From: a virus | Taxonomy: Duplodnaviria > Caudoviricetes | Reading direction: 5' to 3' (one strand) | DNA: 42,027 nt | IMG/VR virus record: IMGVR_UViG_3300047491_000179 | Span: 1 to 42,027 of that record | Part shown: positions 1 through 8,581 of the stretch, piece after piece | Layout of the letters: every line of letters starts with the position of its first letter | Numbering within the stretch: position 1 is the first letter of the stretch | The notes under the pieces: generated by a model | Seen by the model: the letters and a program-made list of their open reading frames with translations, nothing else | The model's database searches: none | Told to the model about the DNA's origin: nothing | Program-made: the position numbers and the translations under genes

Positions 1-255
1 TAAGCCCAACCATGCACAAAGAACTCAACCGAATACATAAATCTCTCCCTTCGATATAAACTCGAGTATGTCGTCGACCTCCTTTTTCAAACATTCCTGT
101 GGTATCCACTTGTCGTCTACGTTGACCATGTCAATCCATCTTGCGAGAGCAATCCATTGTGCACCGCTCAACTTCTTTGAACTGCTCACGCCGAAAAGAA
201 ATTTTATGACCTCCTTTCTCGCGTCATCGCTACCAGCCATTCTATTCAGCGTGCC
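1..255. repeat. Terminal direct repeat / circular overlap, copy 1
   Basis: 1-255 matches 41773-42027 except A128 vs G41900. Confidence 0.97.
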
Positions 256-363
256 TATCATGGCACCCTTCATGGGCTCGTTGTCAAACACAGCTCTCCC
301 GTACATGTCGGCGGTCTGCTTGCAAAACATCTTTACTTCCCTCGGGTTTCTAGCTGGCTTCAT
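25..363 (-). CDS. Hypothetical phage protein between helicase and resolvase
   Basis: ORF overlapping both neighbours; likely start MKPARN at 363 after GGAG. Confidence 0.7.
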   Translation of the reverse strand: MKPARNPREVKMFCKQTADMYGRAVFDNEPMKGAMIGTLNRMAGSDDARKEVIKFLFGVSSSKKLSGAQWIALARWIDMVNVDDKWIPQECLKKEVDDILEFISKGEIYVFG

Positions 364-1315
364 ATCTTGTCTCCAATCCCACAATCACATTCTTGTCCGG
401 TCTCACGAATAACGGTATCGTAATAGGTGCAATTCCCATTTTCTGTTTTAGGATACCCGCAATCAACAGATTCTTCGTAACGGGTGCCTCCCAACCGTCT
501 CCGCTTAAATCAGTCCCTTCTCTCTCGGTCTTGATTGGATACCACAAGCTAATAACTTTGTCGCTCGACTGCTCGATATTACTGGTTTCCAACCCGTCCT
601 CGAGTCTCGGTAGTTTAAAATCCCTATCAAGTACCTGCCTACCAGCCTGAACGCCCAATACCACAGGGCATCCCATCTGTATCGCCAAATCCTTCGCTTT
701 GTTGACTGCTTCCATCATTTGCTCGCGCTTGGTACTTCCGTCAGTGCTATCGGGCCTAATCCTTTGCAGATAATCTAGCACCACCATCTTTATCTTGTAC
801 TTACTATCGTTAACTCCATCAGCGATAAACTTAACCGCACTCAGCACGTCGTTCATAGTCATCCTCGGTCTTGGTTTCCCTTCAACGCTTGACTGCGCAT
901 TAGAATGCCCAACTATCCACAACGGTGTCTCGACCCTCGCTGTGTAAGCGTTCATCACGACGTCCCAATCCACAATCTCTCCTCGCACCAACGTCGATAT
1001 GCTAATCCCCGATTGCGAGCTTATCCACTTAAGCGTATCTTCCTCTACGCTATCTTCCCACGTCACCTTCACGGCGACCTCGGTTGAAGTGCATTGCGCA
1101 ACCGCGGATTTCAACAACCAATTCATGAACCCGCTTTTGTACCACGAGGTATATCCCATGACAACAAGTAGCTCCGCTGGTCGCAACGGCAACAACACGC
1201 TGTCCAATGAACCAATCCCAGTTTTTACACCAATCCCTTTATGCTTTTTTAAATCCTCTATAGCATCTATCGCTAGTTTAGCCGCTTCTTGCGGCGAGAA
1301 TATCAATTCTTGCAT
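350..1315 (-). CDS. DnaB-like replicative helicase (C-terminal SF4 domain only)
   Basis: GVKTGIGSLD, variant Walker A GYTSWYKS, VVLDYLQ, KDLAIQMGCPVVLGVQ, SNIEQSSDKVI. Confidence 0.9.
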   Translation of the reverse strand: MQELIFSPQEAAKLAIDAIEDLKKHKGIGVKTGIGSLDSVLLPLRPAELLVVMGYTSWYKSGFMNWLLKSAVAQCTSTEVAVKVTWEDSVEEDTLKWISSQSGISISTLVRGEIVDWDVVMNAYTARVETPLWIVGHSNAQSSVEGKPRPRMTMNDVLSAVKFIADGVNDSKYKIKMVVLDYLQRIRPDSTDGSTKREQMMEAVNKAKDLAIQMGCPVVLGVQAGRQVLDRDFKLPRLEDGLETSNIEQSSDKVISLWYPIKTEREGTDLSGDGWEAPVTKNLLIAGILKQKMGIAPITIPLFVRPDKNVIVGLETRYEAS

Positions 1316-2151
1316 CGCGCACCATCCTCACGGATTGTCTCGCTCGAAGCGTGCGGTTTCATGTCTGCGACAACCGTCCTTGGTCTTTCTTTTTTATAAG
1401 TGAACAACGTTTCTCTGATTTGTCTCAACGTCGGACGCTCGCCTTTCTTCCCTCTAAAATCCATTCTGTACCACGTACCATTAGCCCCATACTCCTCTAA
1501 AATCAACTTTGCGCTGACCCTGTCGTCTTTCAAAAGCTCCCGCGCCTCTACGGCTAACCGCGCTCGATTGGCTGGGAAACTCATGCCTGTAACATCAGCC
1601 AACGCCTGCGCCACCTCGAATTGTTCGGGCGGCGTGGCTCGCGCTCGCCTTTCTTTCTTTTTCTTCTGTTCCAATGGTATACCGTACTCGTCGCAAACCT
1701 CGTAAACGGGTTCTCCGTGCAACGATTTACTTGGGGCGGCAACTGGTGGTTCTTTGATGGTTAATGATGGTTCGGGTGACACAGCGTCACCCTTTTTGGA
1801 CACAGTGTCACCCTTTTTGGACACAGTGTCACCTTTTAATTCTTCTGCCTCAATGGGTGTCACCGCTTTACCCTTTTCTTCGCTAAATCGCGCCACTCGG
1901 ATACGGTAAAGGTTGGTGTGATTTCTCCCTCCTCCCTCGCGCACCATGTCTAAATATCTGCCTTCCAGCAACGACTGAATACTGCGCTGTACACTCCTGT
2001 CAGAAAGGCTGGTTTTACGTGCCAACGTTGCGATAGACGGGAAGATGCTCTCACCGCTATCACTCGCGTAGTCTGCCATCGCAAGTAACACGAATTTCTC
2101 CGTGGTTGGCAAACTGCACTCAAATACTATCGACATTAATCTGATACTCAT
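1303..2151 (-). CDS. Replication initiator with N-terminal winged HTH (lambda O/HTH_36-like)
   Basis: EKFVLLAMADYA..G..FPSIATLARKTSLSDRSVQRSI...TNLY; internal iteron repeats; start MSIRL at 2151. Confidence 0.85.
   Translation of the reverse strand: MSIRLMSIVFECSLPTTEKFVLLAMADYASDSGESIFPSIATLARKTSLSDRSVQRSIQSLLEGRYLDMVREGGGRNHTNLYRIRVARFSEEKGKAVTPIEAEELKGDTVSKKGDTVSKKGDAVSPEPSLTIKEPPVAAPSKSLHGEPVYEVCDEYGIPLEQKKKKERRARATPPEQFEVAQALADVTGMSFPANRARLAVEARELLKDDRVSAKLILEEYGANGTWYRMDFRGKKGERPTLRQIRETLFTYKKERPRTVVADMKPHASSETIREDGARCKN
1778..1836. repeat. Three 21-bp iteron-like direct repeats (putative replication origin)
   Basis: gacacagYgtcaccctttttg at 1778, 1799 and a partial copy at 1820, inside the initiator gene (GDTVSKK repeats). 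Confidence 0.8.
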
Positions 2152-2168
2152 ATCTGTGTCTGCTCCCT

Positions 2169-2486
2169 TCATTGGTTTAACAGCCAATGTTCTTTTACTT
2201 TCAATGGCAATTGCCGATACCATTTCCCGATATCGTAGTTATAAATCGCTTTCTGACGATAAGCGAAATCGACTTTCGTAGCCATGTCGTTCCCTTTTTG
2301 AGATAATTCCACGTGGCACATATCGCATATCGGCATCAAGTTCTCTTCTACTGTGAGCAACGTATGATAACGCTTCATGTCGTGCACAAGGCAATGGTGT
2401 AGTTGCGTTGCTCTTCTTTCGTAACACACTTCGCATAACGGTCGCCTGCTGAGTATCCTTGTTTTTAGGTCTTTGAACGATTCCAC
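2169..2486 (-). CDS. Small HNH endonuclease-like zinc-binding protein
   Basis: CEVC...LHH...ENLMPICDMCH. Confidence 0.75.
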   Translation of the reverse strand: MESFKDLKTRILSRRPLCEVCYERRATQLHHCLVHDMKRYHTLLTVEENLMPICDMCHVELSQKGNDMATKVDFAYRQKAIYNYDIGKWYRQLPLKVKEHWLLNQ

Positions 2487-3457
2487 TGCATCTTCCTCGC
2501 TGTGTTGACTAAGTTGTGGAGTGCTTTTTTATCCAATACATTGCTGGTTATCATGTCATCCACTTTATACGGCAACGATATAACCCTGCTTTTATCCTTG
2601 AACAGATTCACAATGCGCCTTACTGGAGTAATCCCGTCATTTGTTTGCTTCACATAAGCGTCTGGGTCGAGCAAAATATAAACCACATCGCATGCATTTA
2701 ATGCCGCGAATATTTCCTGACTAGGCGTTTTGCCCGGTGTCCCCACGACAAACATGTCGGGGTCATCGTACGCGATATAGGTAGTCATAGCTTTGAACTC
2801 GCCCTCTACTATCAACACTTTGTTTTTAGGATATGTGTCCAGATTCGCATAATATAGACTCGTGGGCAAACCCGAATATTCTGGTCTGTACTTATCGTTC
2901 ACATCTATCGGGTTGAGTAGTCTGTTCCTGATGGTTATCGGTGTTTTTGCTTCTGGCTCGAATACGGGTATCGTCAATGTAGGCGTATGATGTTCCTTGC
3001 CATTCTTCCTATCCCATATAACCTTGTCGGGATTGTATCCGAGCGTCCAGTACAAAATCCAGTAATCGTTTAGCCCTCTATCGTAATAGCGCTGGCGAAT
3101 TTCGCCATTCACATTACCTGCATATCTAACCCAGACCTGCTCCCGTTGCAATAGCTCCAAGGCATGCTCAGCCTTCGCTATCCTGTCCTGCTCATACGCC
3201 TTACGCTCATCTATCCATTCAGCATGGACAGCTTGCTCTATCCGCTCCCCTTTAGGTGTCCACGTATAACCACATTGTCGACACCAGCCCACAATCCCGC
3301 CCGTAGCACGGCTTTTGAGCCATACTCTAAACCTATCAGGCAGTTCGCCCCCACGGTGTGGTTCACCGCCACACCGTGGGCAACTTGCAGAATACTCATT
3401 CTCGCTAACTCTCCGGACGTATTTCAAATTTAATTGCTGGAATTCCGGTAAATTCAT
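2465..3457 (-). CDS. DNA primase (zinc-binding + TOPRIM)
   Basis: CPRCG/WCRQC zinc motif; VLIVEGEFKA and LLDPD TOPRIM motifs. Confidence 0.85.
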   Translation of the reverse strand: MNLPEFQQLNLKYVRRVSENEYSASCPRCGGEPHRGGELPDRFRVWLKSRATGGIVGWCRQCGYTWTPKGERIEQAVHAEWIDERKAYEQDRIAKAEHALELLQREQVWVRYAGNVNGEIRQRYYDRGLNDYWILYWTLGYNPDKVIWDRKNGKEHHTPTLTIPVFEPEAKTPITIRNRLLNPIDVNDKYRPEYSGLPTSLYYANLDTYPKNKVLIVEGEFKAMTTYIAYDDPDMFVVGTPGKTPSQEIFAALNACDVVYILLDPDAYVKQTNDGITPVRRIVNLFKDKSRVISLPYKVDDMITSNVLDKKALHNLVNTARKMQWNRSKT

Positions 3458-3489
3458 GTCGCTCCTTTCTGCATTAGATGCAAATACTT

Positions 3490-3663
3490 TTACAAATTAT
3501 ACATCCTCGGCGTTCGGCAAACCTTGCACATATACTCGACTTTCGCAACAGCCCGCTTTTGAGTAATCACTAACAGCTTGCCGTGCGCGGTAAAACGTAT
3601 TTTGTCCTTCTTTATCACTGCTAAGTCGTATCCGCATTGCTCACACCGCAAAACAATTGTCAT
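3490..3663 (-). CDS. 57-aa zinc-ribbon protein (not in ORF track)
   Basis: Manual translation MTIVLRCEQCGYDL...VEYMCKVCRTPRMYNL; ATGA overlap with the upstream stop. Confidence 0.75.
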   Translation of the reverse strand: MTIVLRCEQCGYDLAVIKKDKIRFTAHGKLLVITQKRAVAKVEYMCKVCRTPRMYNL

Positions 3664-3953
3664 ATCAAACCAGCCGATTTCAATTCAGGCACTATCGTGC
3701 CCGCAATATAGGCCTTGATTTGTACGACTGTCGTATGCTTTCTGTCAAACTCCCGCCCAAACATTTCTTCTGGGCTTTTCACAGTATACACAATATCATG
3801 CACGGTATAGCCCTGCTCTTTGATGCTGTCCGCTGGCACACACTCGTAACCATCCTCATCTTTTACCACGGCGGCTCCGTTCTTCCAACCTTCGCATTTA
3901 AATGCGGCTTCTAATATGGCACGTTCTAATGGCATCACGTTTTCTTTTGTCAC
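3660..3953 (-). CDS. Hypothetical protein
   Basis: 97-aa ORF, GTG start after GAAAGGA. Confidence 0.65.
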   Translation of the reverse strand: MTKENVMPLERAILEAAFKCEGWKNGAAVVKDEDGYECVPADSIKEQGYTVHDIVYTVKSPEEMFGREFDRKHTTVVQIKAYIAGTIVPELKSAGLI

Positions 3954-4211
3954 GGTGAATTTCCTTTCTCTTCTCGAAATATTACCAAACGCTAATGCAT
4001 TCGTCTGGCTTGATATACAATTGCCACATCATAATGGCTGATACTATCTTACTAACATCATTGCATGTGCCTAATACTGCTAGTTTTGTCTGTTACGCCG
4101 TGCTCCCTTATACTATATGGTAATCTAATCCCTGAGCCATTGCGTAGGTTTTCGTTTGCCTAACTGTTTGGTGTCCATGTCGCGCTCCCTTCGGTTCGTT
4201 TTATTGAACAC

Positions 4212-4239
4212 ATTGTACATCTGTATATCGTTTTGTCAA
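4212..4239 (-). promoter_or_regulatory. sigma70-like promoter upstream of the replication module
   Basis: TTGACA-16 bp-TACAAT on the minus strand. Confidence 0.65.
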
Positions 4240-4281
4240 TACCAGAAATGCCGTACTGAGGTGCGGGTTTTGAATGTATAC

Positions 4282-4611
4282 TTAATGTCGCCGTCCTTCC
4301 TCCAATGACGGCGGTATTTCTATGTATAACGCATTGCCTAGCAGGTACCCCTCAATCAGGCAATCTGCCCCGCGCAGGTTAGCCCACCTAACGTATTTGT
4401 CGATTGCGGTAGCCACCGTTTCTGAGCCCACTATCAAATACATTCTGTATAATCCTTTTTTTAGCTCTGGCAATTTGCTGATTGCCGTCAATACTATGCC
4501 ATTATGTTCGCCCATGATGCACCTTTCATTGCAGTTATCAATCATATCTCTCTCGGCAACCAATCTCATCACATCAGCATGAGCAAGATTGCCGTTTTCA
4601 ATTACATCCAT
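4282..4611 (-). CDS. Hypothetical protein
   Basis: 109-aa ORF in operon. Confidence 0.6.
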   Translation of the reverse strand: MDVIENGNLAHADVMRLVAERDMIDNCNERCIMGEHNGIVLTAISKLPELKKGLYRMYLIVGSETVATAIDKYVRWANLRGADCLIEGYLLGNALYIEIPPSLEEGRRH

Positions 4612-4790
4612 CCATTGTTCTTTGTTTCTATATTGGACACCTCCTCGTCTGGTATTAGCCCCTCGTATGACGGGTCGTAATCGTCATCGGTGTCGTTGCA
4701 AACATGAGGGCAGTCATCTGGTACAGGCAACCCCCATGTATCATCACAATCGCAGTCACATACATCACCGCAAAATGGGCACTCGTGCAT
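4602..4790 (-). CDS. Small Cys/Asp-rich acidic protein
   Basis: [17 protein letters not shown]...CPHVC; RBS GGAGGT. Confidence 0.65.
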   Translation of the reverse strand: MHECPFCGDVCDCDCDDTWGLPVPDDCPHVCNDTDDDYDPSYEGLIPDEEVSNIETKNNGWM

Positions 4791-5515
4791 CACTCCACCT
4801 CCTGCATTATCTCTAACAACTCCAATCGCCCACAACGCGCCTTGCCATTTGTGTTGTATGGCACAACAACATTCGGCAGGTCAATCCAGCGTATCCGACA
4901 ACGCCATATCGTTACTCCCTGATAATATTTTTGTATCCACGCCAACGTTGCGAAATTCACCCCACAACCACAATCCACTGTGGGAAGAGGATTGACCACC
5001 TCGGTGATAAATTCGCCGGGGTTGATTGTCCAATGTACAGGGGATGTGTACTCGGTGTTGCCAATCGCTTTATAAACGATATACCCCAAATCATCAGCCC
5101 GAAAATTATTCGCCAACCAGTTTGCCGGGTTGAGTAATCCATTAGCCCCACTCAGGTCAGCCCCGGTCAGGTCAGCCCCGGTCAGGTTAGCCCCGGTCAG
5201 GTCAGCGCAATACAGTTTAGTCTCGGTCAGGTCAGCCCTACTCAGGGTAGCCTCTTTCAGGTTAGCCCCACTCAGGTCAGCCCCGCTCAGGTTAGCCCCG
5301 GTCAGGTTAGCCCCGGTCAGGTTAGCGCGACACAGGTTAGCCCCGGTTAGGTCAACGTGATACAGGTTAGCGTGATACAGGTTAGCCCAGCTCAGGTTAG
5401 CCCCACTCAGGTTAGCCCCGTGCAGGTTAGCCCCGTGCAGGTCAACAACTTCATCTTGTAATATGTCTTTCAGGCATTTGCCATTTATAATAATCTCTTC
5501 AATGGTTCTCATCAC
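4790..5515 (-). CDS. Pentapeptide repeat protein with C-terminal domain
   Basis: About 20 A(N/D)Lxx repeats. Confidence 0.92.
   Translation of the reverse strand: MMRTIEEIIINGKCLKDILQDEVVDLHGANLHGANLSGANLSWANLYHANLYHVDLTGANLCRANLTGANLTGANLSGADLSGANLKEATLSRADLTETKLYCADLTGANLTGADLTGADLSGANGLLNPANWLANNFRADDLGYIVYKAIGNTEYTSPVHWTINPGEFITEVVNPLPTVDCGCGVNFATLAWIQKYYQGVTIWRCRIRWIDLPNVVVPYNTNGKARCGRLELLEIMQEVE
5140..5445. repeat. 15-bp tandem repeats encoding the pentapeptides
   Basis: caggtYagccccRSt repeated. Confidence 0.9.
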
Positions 5516-5533
5516 TCCACCTCTCCATTCTGG

Positions 5534-5740
5534 TTAGCTCCAATACTCATCATGCAGGTTTATGATGGCAACGTCTGCCATTTCGGTTACGGTTGCGCTC
5601 GTCCTTAGCGACCAGACACGCTCTATATAGCTCCACGTTCGGCTTAGAGCCTGCTCGCGGTCTTTAGCTTCGACCCTAACAAATTCTTTACAACACTGGT
5701 CTTCCCGCTTAATATCAATAAACATCGAATAAGTCTTCAT
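5534..5740 (-). CDS. Hypothetical early protein
   Basis: Start MKTYS after AAGGGAGCG. Confidence 0.6.
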   Translation of the reverse strand: MKTYSMFIDIKREDQCCKEFVRVEAKDREQALSRTWSYIERVWSLRTSATVTEMADVAIINLHDEYWS

Positions 5741-5998
5741 TTCGCTCCCTTTATGCATGCTTGCTTTAGTTTGATGTCCGGTGGCTATCATCAATCCGGT
5801 TTCCCTATACTATTTTGTACGATACTCTTTCACAACGTTAATTATCACCCATCTTATGCTCCTTCCTGCGAACGGTACCAAGCTATCTCACGGTTCTCGT
5901 CTAACATTGGCTTTCCTCGCCATCTCGCGATATTCGCTATCTATGTTCGTTGCGTGGTAAATAGTCATTTCGTCGCTCCTTTTTTTTACTCTGTCATC

Positions 5999-6028
5999 AT
6001 CTTACCACTTGCGATATATACAAGACAA
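5999..6028 (-). promoter_or_regulatory. Early promoter cassette copy with variant -35
   Basis: TTGTCT-18-TAAGAT with extended TGG; about 70 bp near-identical to 40465-40534. Confidence 0.7.
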
Positions 6029-6045
6029 GTGCTAACTGGAACAAA

Positions 6046-6071
6046 TACGGGCAATCTCGCGATTGCCCGTA
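6046..6071 (-). terminator. Intrinsic terminator-like hairpin
   Basis: tacgggcaatc/gattgcccgta 11-bp stem followed by TTTGTT on the minus strand. Confidence 0.6.
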
Positions 6072-6093
6072 ATCATATACTTCATTTATTCTA

Positions 6094-6561
6094 TTACGCG
6101 AACTCTCCCTCACGATTCACAACCCGCGACCCATGAAATACGCGTATCTGGTCTAACGTGTAACGCCCGTGCCCGTTAGAGGCGGCGCCCACCCAATACC
6201 ACGCCATCTTCTTCGAGCTATACTTGAGCCCAAGTGCTTTCAACTGCCCTTTCACAGAATACGTGTCACCTGTCACCCAAATCCACGTACCGCAGATTTC
6301 CACGATGATGTCGCGCAATTTTAGCAATTCCAATATCGTCTTGCGCAGACGTTCGTCTACGCTCTCGACTTCCTCGTAATACGCTGTCGATTGATTGGGC
6401 TTACTAGCTCTCGCGAACATTCGACACGCGACTGTATACTCTGCGTTTATATCCTGCATCGTCCTGACGTCGCCCCCCATGTCGGGGTGGTGTTTTCTCG
6501 CCAAATCGCGATAACGTGCTCTCACCTCATCCGCGTTCTTGCATCCAGTAAACCATTTCAT
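6094..6561 (-). CDS. J-domain (DnaJ-like) phage protein
   Basis: YRDLARKHHPDMGG...MQDINAEY, plus C-terminal EICGTWIWVTG domain. Confidence 0.88.
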   Translation of the reverse strand: MKWFTGCKNADEVRARYRDLARKHHPDMGGDVRTMQDINAEYTVACRMFARASKPNQSTAYYEEVESVDERLRKTILELLKLRDIIVEICGTWIWVTGDTYSVKGQLKALGLKYSSKKMAWYWVGAASNGHGRYTLDQIRVFHGSRVVNREGEFA

Positions 6562-6562
6562 C

Positions 6563-6991
6563 TCAGTCTACCTTTTTGTACGGGCAATATTTCTCGTAAA
6601 GTTCTTTTGCGACCGACGGTTCGACTTTCTTCATCATAGCTTCGATGTTCTTTCTCGCTTTCTCGCCGCTACTATATACTCCGTAGTCGTCGCTCATCTG
6701 ATACCACCAATCATGGTGCCGTAACGTCAACTCCAACTTTTCTACGTCATTTTCAGGCTTCACCCACACGATGTAGAAGCTGCTCATCGACATTTCACCG
6801 ATTGACTTGTCATGAATCCAACCCTCCTTCTGCATGATATTCCATGCGTTAGCCAAGCTACCCCTCTTGCCATCTTCCCACCCATCACCTACAATCGCTA
6901 TAAATGCGTCGTAGTCGTCTTGGGTTCTCGCTACAAACCAGTTCGACTTATAATCCTTCGCGTTCTCGATACGTACGTTAATCTCTTTCAT
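6563..6991 (-). CDS. Hypothetical early protein (HDWxYxxSDD motif)
   Basis: Start MKEIN after AAAGGAG. Confidence 0.65.
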   Translation of the reverse strand: MKEINVRIENAKDYKSNWFVARTQDDYDAFIAIVGDGWEDGKRGSLANAWNIMQKEGWIHDKSIGEMSMSSFYIVWVKPENDVEKLELTLRHHDWWYQMSDDYGVYSSGEKARKNIEAMMKKVEPSVAKELYEKYCPYKKVD

Positions 6992-7203
6992 TTCTCGCTC
7001 TCCTTTTTTGCGTTTTTGTCCCAACACATTTCAGCTAACTTGCGGCTACCGGTATACACCAAATCTACCCACCCAGAACGGTTCTCTTGCACTCTATAAA
7101 CCGCAAATCCATCGCTGAACTCGACACGGCGCATTACCATTGCGTTGCCACGCGCCTTGTGGATGCCTTTTCTCAAAATGTCCATCCTCAACAATTCATT
7201 CAT
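6988..7203 (-). CDS. Hypothetical early protein
   Basis: Start MNELL after AAAGGAGCGAC, directly behind a promoter. Confidence 0.65.
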   Translation of the reverse strand: MNELLRMDILRKGIHKARGNAMVMRRVEFSDGFAVYRVQENRSGWVDLVYTGSRKLAEMCWDKNAKKESEK

Positions 7204-7225
7204 TTTGTCGCTCCTTTCTACCTTC

Positions 7226-7255
7226 ATCTTACCACCTGCTGTATATACATGTCAA
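7226..7255 (-). promoter_or_regulatory. Early promoter
   Basis: TTGACA-18-TAAGAT with extended TGG; TGTATATACA palindrome in the spacer. Confidence 0.8.
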
Positions 7256-7263
7256 GTAGTCGG

Positions 7264-7503
7264 TTACTGTAAACGCTTTACTACTGATGTCATCATCAGG
7301 CTACGCACAAACGTTTCATCGGTCAACGGATTTATCACCTCCCGAAACACACGGTAGTGCCTCACTGCAAAATTCACTCGGTAGGTATGTCTCGGCAACT
7401 CGCTCTCAAATTTGGATGTATCGCGTAGACGGCAGACTATTTCAGTCGCCGTCCCGCTCACCTCCTCGCCACTAACAAATACGATATGGTATGTTTTTTT
7501 CAT
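7264..7503 (-). CDS. Small protein downstream of the amidoligase
   Basis: 79-aa ORF, RBS AGGAGG. Confidence 0.65.
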   Translation of the reverse strand: MKKTYHIVFVSGEEVSGTATEIVCRLRDTSKFESELPRHTYRVNFAVRHYRVFREVINPLTDETFVRSLMMTSVVKRLQ

Positions 7504-7512
7504 TTTCGCCTC

Positions 7513-8334
7513 CTACAAAACTGCTGTAAAACTCACGCCAGCGTTGAAGTAGGCGAACCGAGCATCTAACCACCGTGAGCACTGCGCTATACGCGGCTGT
7601 CTGTGGTGTTTTGAAATACCAAGGTACTTCTTGAATGCCACCAGACTAACCTTCACGTCTTTCAGGTTCAGGTACTTGCCCTTAGCGGTATCCACCAGAC
7701 TGAGCATCAATACAACCCAATTCAAGACCTTGTCCGCTTCGGTCGTCCCGCTGTGCTGGCGAAATTCAATCGTCCCATGACGCCCGTAAGCGCACAAATT
7801 CACTTTATGGTACCGCATATCATTCGCATCATAGTCCCACGGTCTTTCAAACATCTCAATGACGTCAGTGACGACTTTGCTCTTGCCCTGCCTTGCGACC
7901 CGCATGAACTCGCTGACTGAACGGCAATATCTGTTCGCGTTCCCTCTCCGGCTTTCAGGAACTATCGCATCAAACATCTTCTCCCAACGTCCGTAAGCCG
8001 CTGTGACTGACGCTATTTCTTTTCGGCTCATATCACGAGCGTCAACATGAACGTGCAGACCGCACTTTTTATCGACCTTCGCACCAATCAACGTCAACGC
8101 TTTGCACACTTTCTCGACTTGATTGAACCCGTCCTCGCCACCTAAAACAGGGCTGACCACTTCAAAACCCGCCGAAGCGTCTGTAATCACCTTCCAATGT
8201 GTCTTGGTGGAGTGGTTGTAGCCTTCTGCGAAAGCCTGAACGCCCGCGTCTCGAATTGCTGACGCAATCTTTTCTTGTGACAACCCGTCGGTCAAAACCT
8301 CTATTTCAACTCCAAATTTGCGCTCGATATTCAT
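7513..8334 (-). CDS. Putative amidoligase enzyme (COOH-NH2 ligase type 2)
   Basis: FGVEIE, WKVITDAS, EVVSPVL, CGLHVHV, RYHKVNL, TIEFRQHSGT; start MNIER at 8334. Confidence 0.88.
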   Translation of the reverse strand: MNIERKFGVEIEVLTDGLSQEKIASAIRDAGVQAFAEGYNHSTKTHWKVITDASAGFEVVSPVLGGEDGFNQVEKVCKALTLIGAKVDKKCGLHVHVDARDMSRKEIASVTAAYGRWEKMFDAIVPESRRGNANRYCRSVSEFMRVARQGKSKVVTDVIEMFERPWDYDANDMRYHKVNLCAYGRHGTIEFRQHSGTTEADKVLNWVVLMLSLVDTAKGKYLNLKDVKVSLVAFKKYLGISKHHRQPRIAQCSRWLDARFAYFNAGVSFTAVL

Positions 8335-8386
8335 GTCTGGCTCCTTTTTTTTATGAAACGCTTGTCCGTTTTGCTTACCTGCCTTT

Positions 8387-8415
8387 ATCATACCACCTTT
8401 TGTATATACATACAA
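8387..8415 (-). promoter_or_regulatory. Early promoter
   Basis: TTGTAT-17-TATGAT with extended TGG and TGTATATACA. Confidence 0.7.
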
Positions 8416-8529
8416 GTGTACTGGTAATACTGGTTTTACCCTAAAACACGAACACTCCAATAGGAGTGTTTGTTCATTTAAGTATCGTCTAGTTTATCTC
8501 ACGCTGTTTGTCGCATAATTAAAGCGACA

Positions 8530-8554
8530 GCCCCGATGGGACGGGCATCGGGGC
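8530..8554 (-). terminator. Hairpin at the end of the late/lysis operon
   Basis: gccccgatg/catcggggc 9-bp stem. Confidence 0.55.
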
Positions 8555-8581
8555 TTCTCGTTAGCCGTAGCTATAAACGAT

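Noticed and set aside
4029-4178. Five in-frame TAG codons after the 17-aa ORF, suggesting amber recoding
   Set aside because: All long genes are intact in code 11, several end in TAG, and no suppressor tRNA is seen.
5140-5445. Regular short repeats resembling a CRISPR array
   Set aside because: Contiguous 15-bp coding repeats of a pentapeptide protein, with no spacers and no cas genes.
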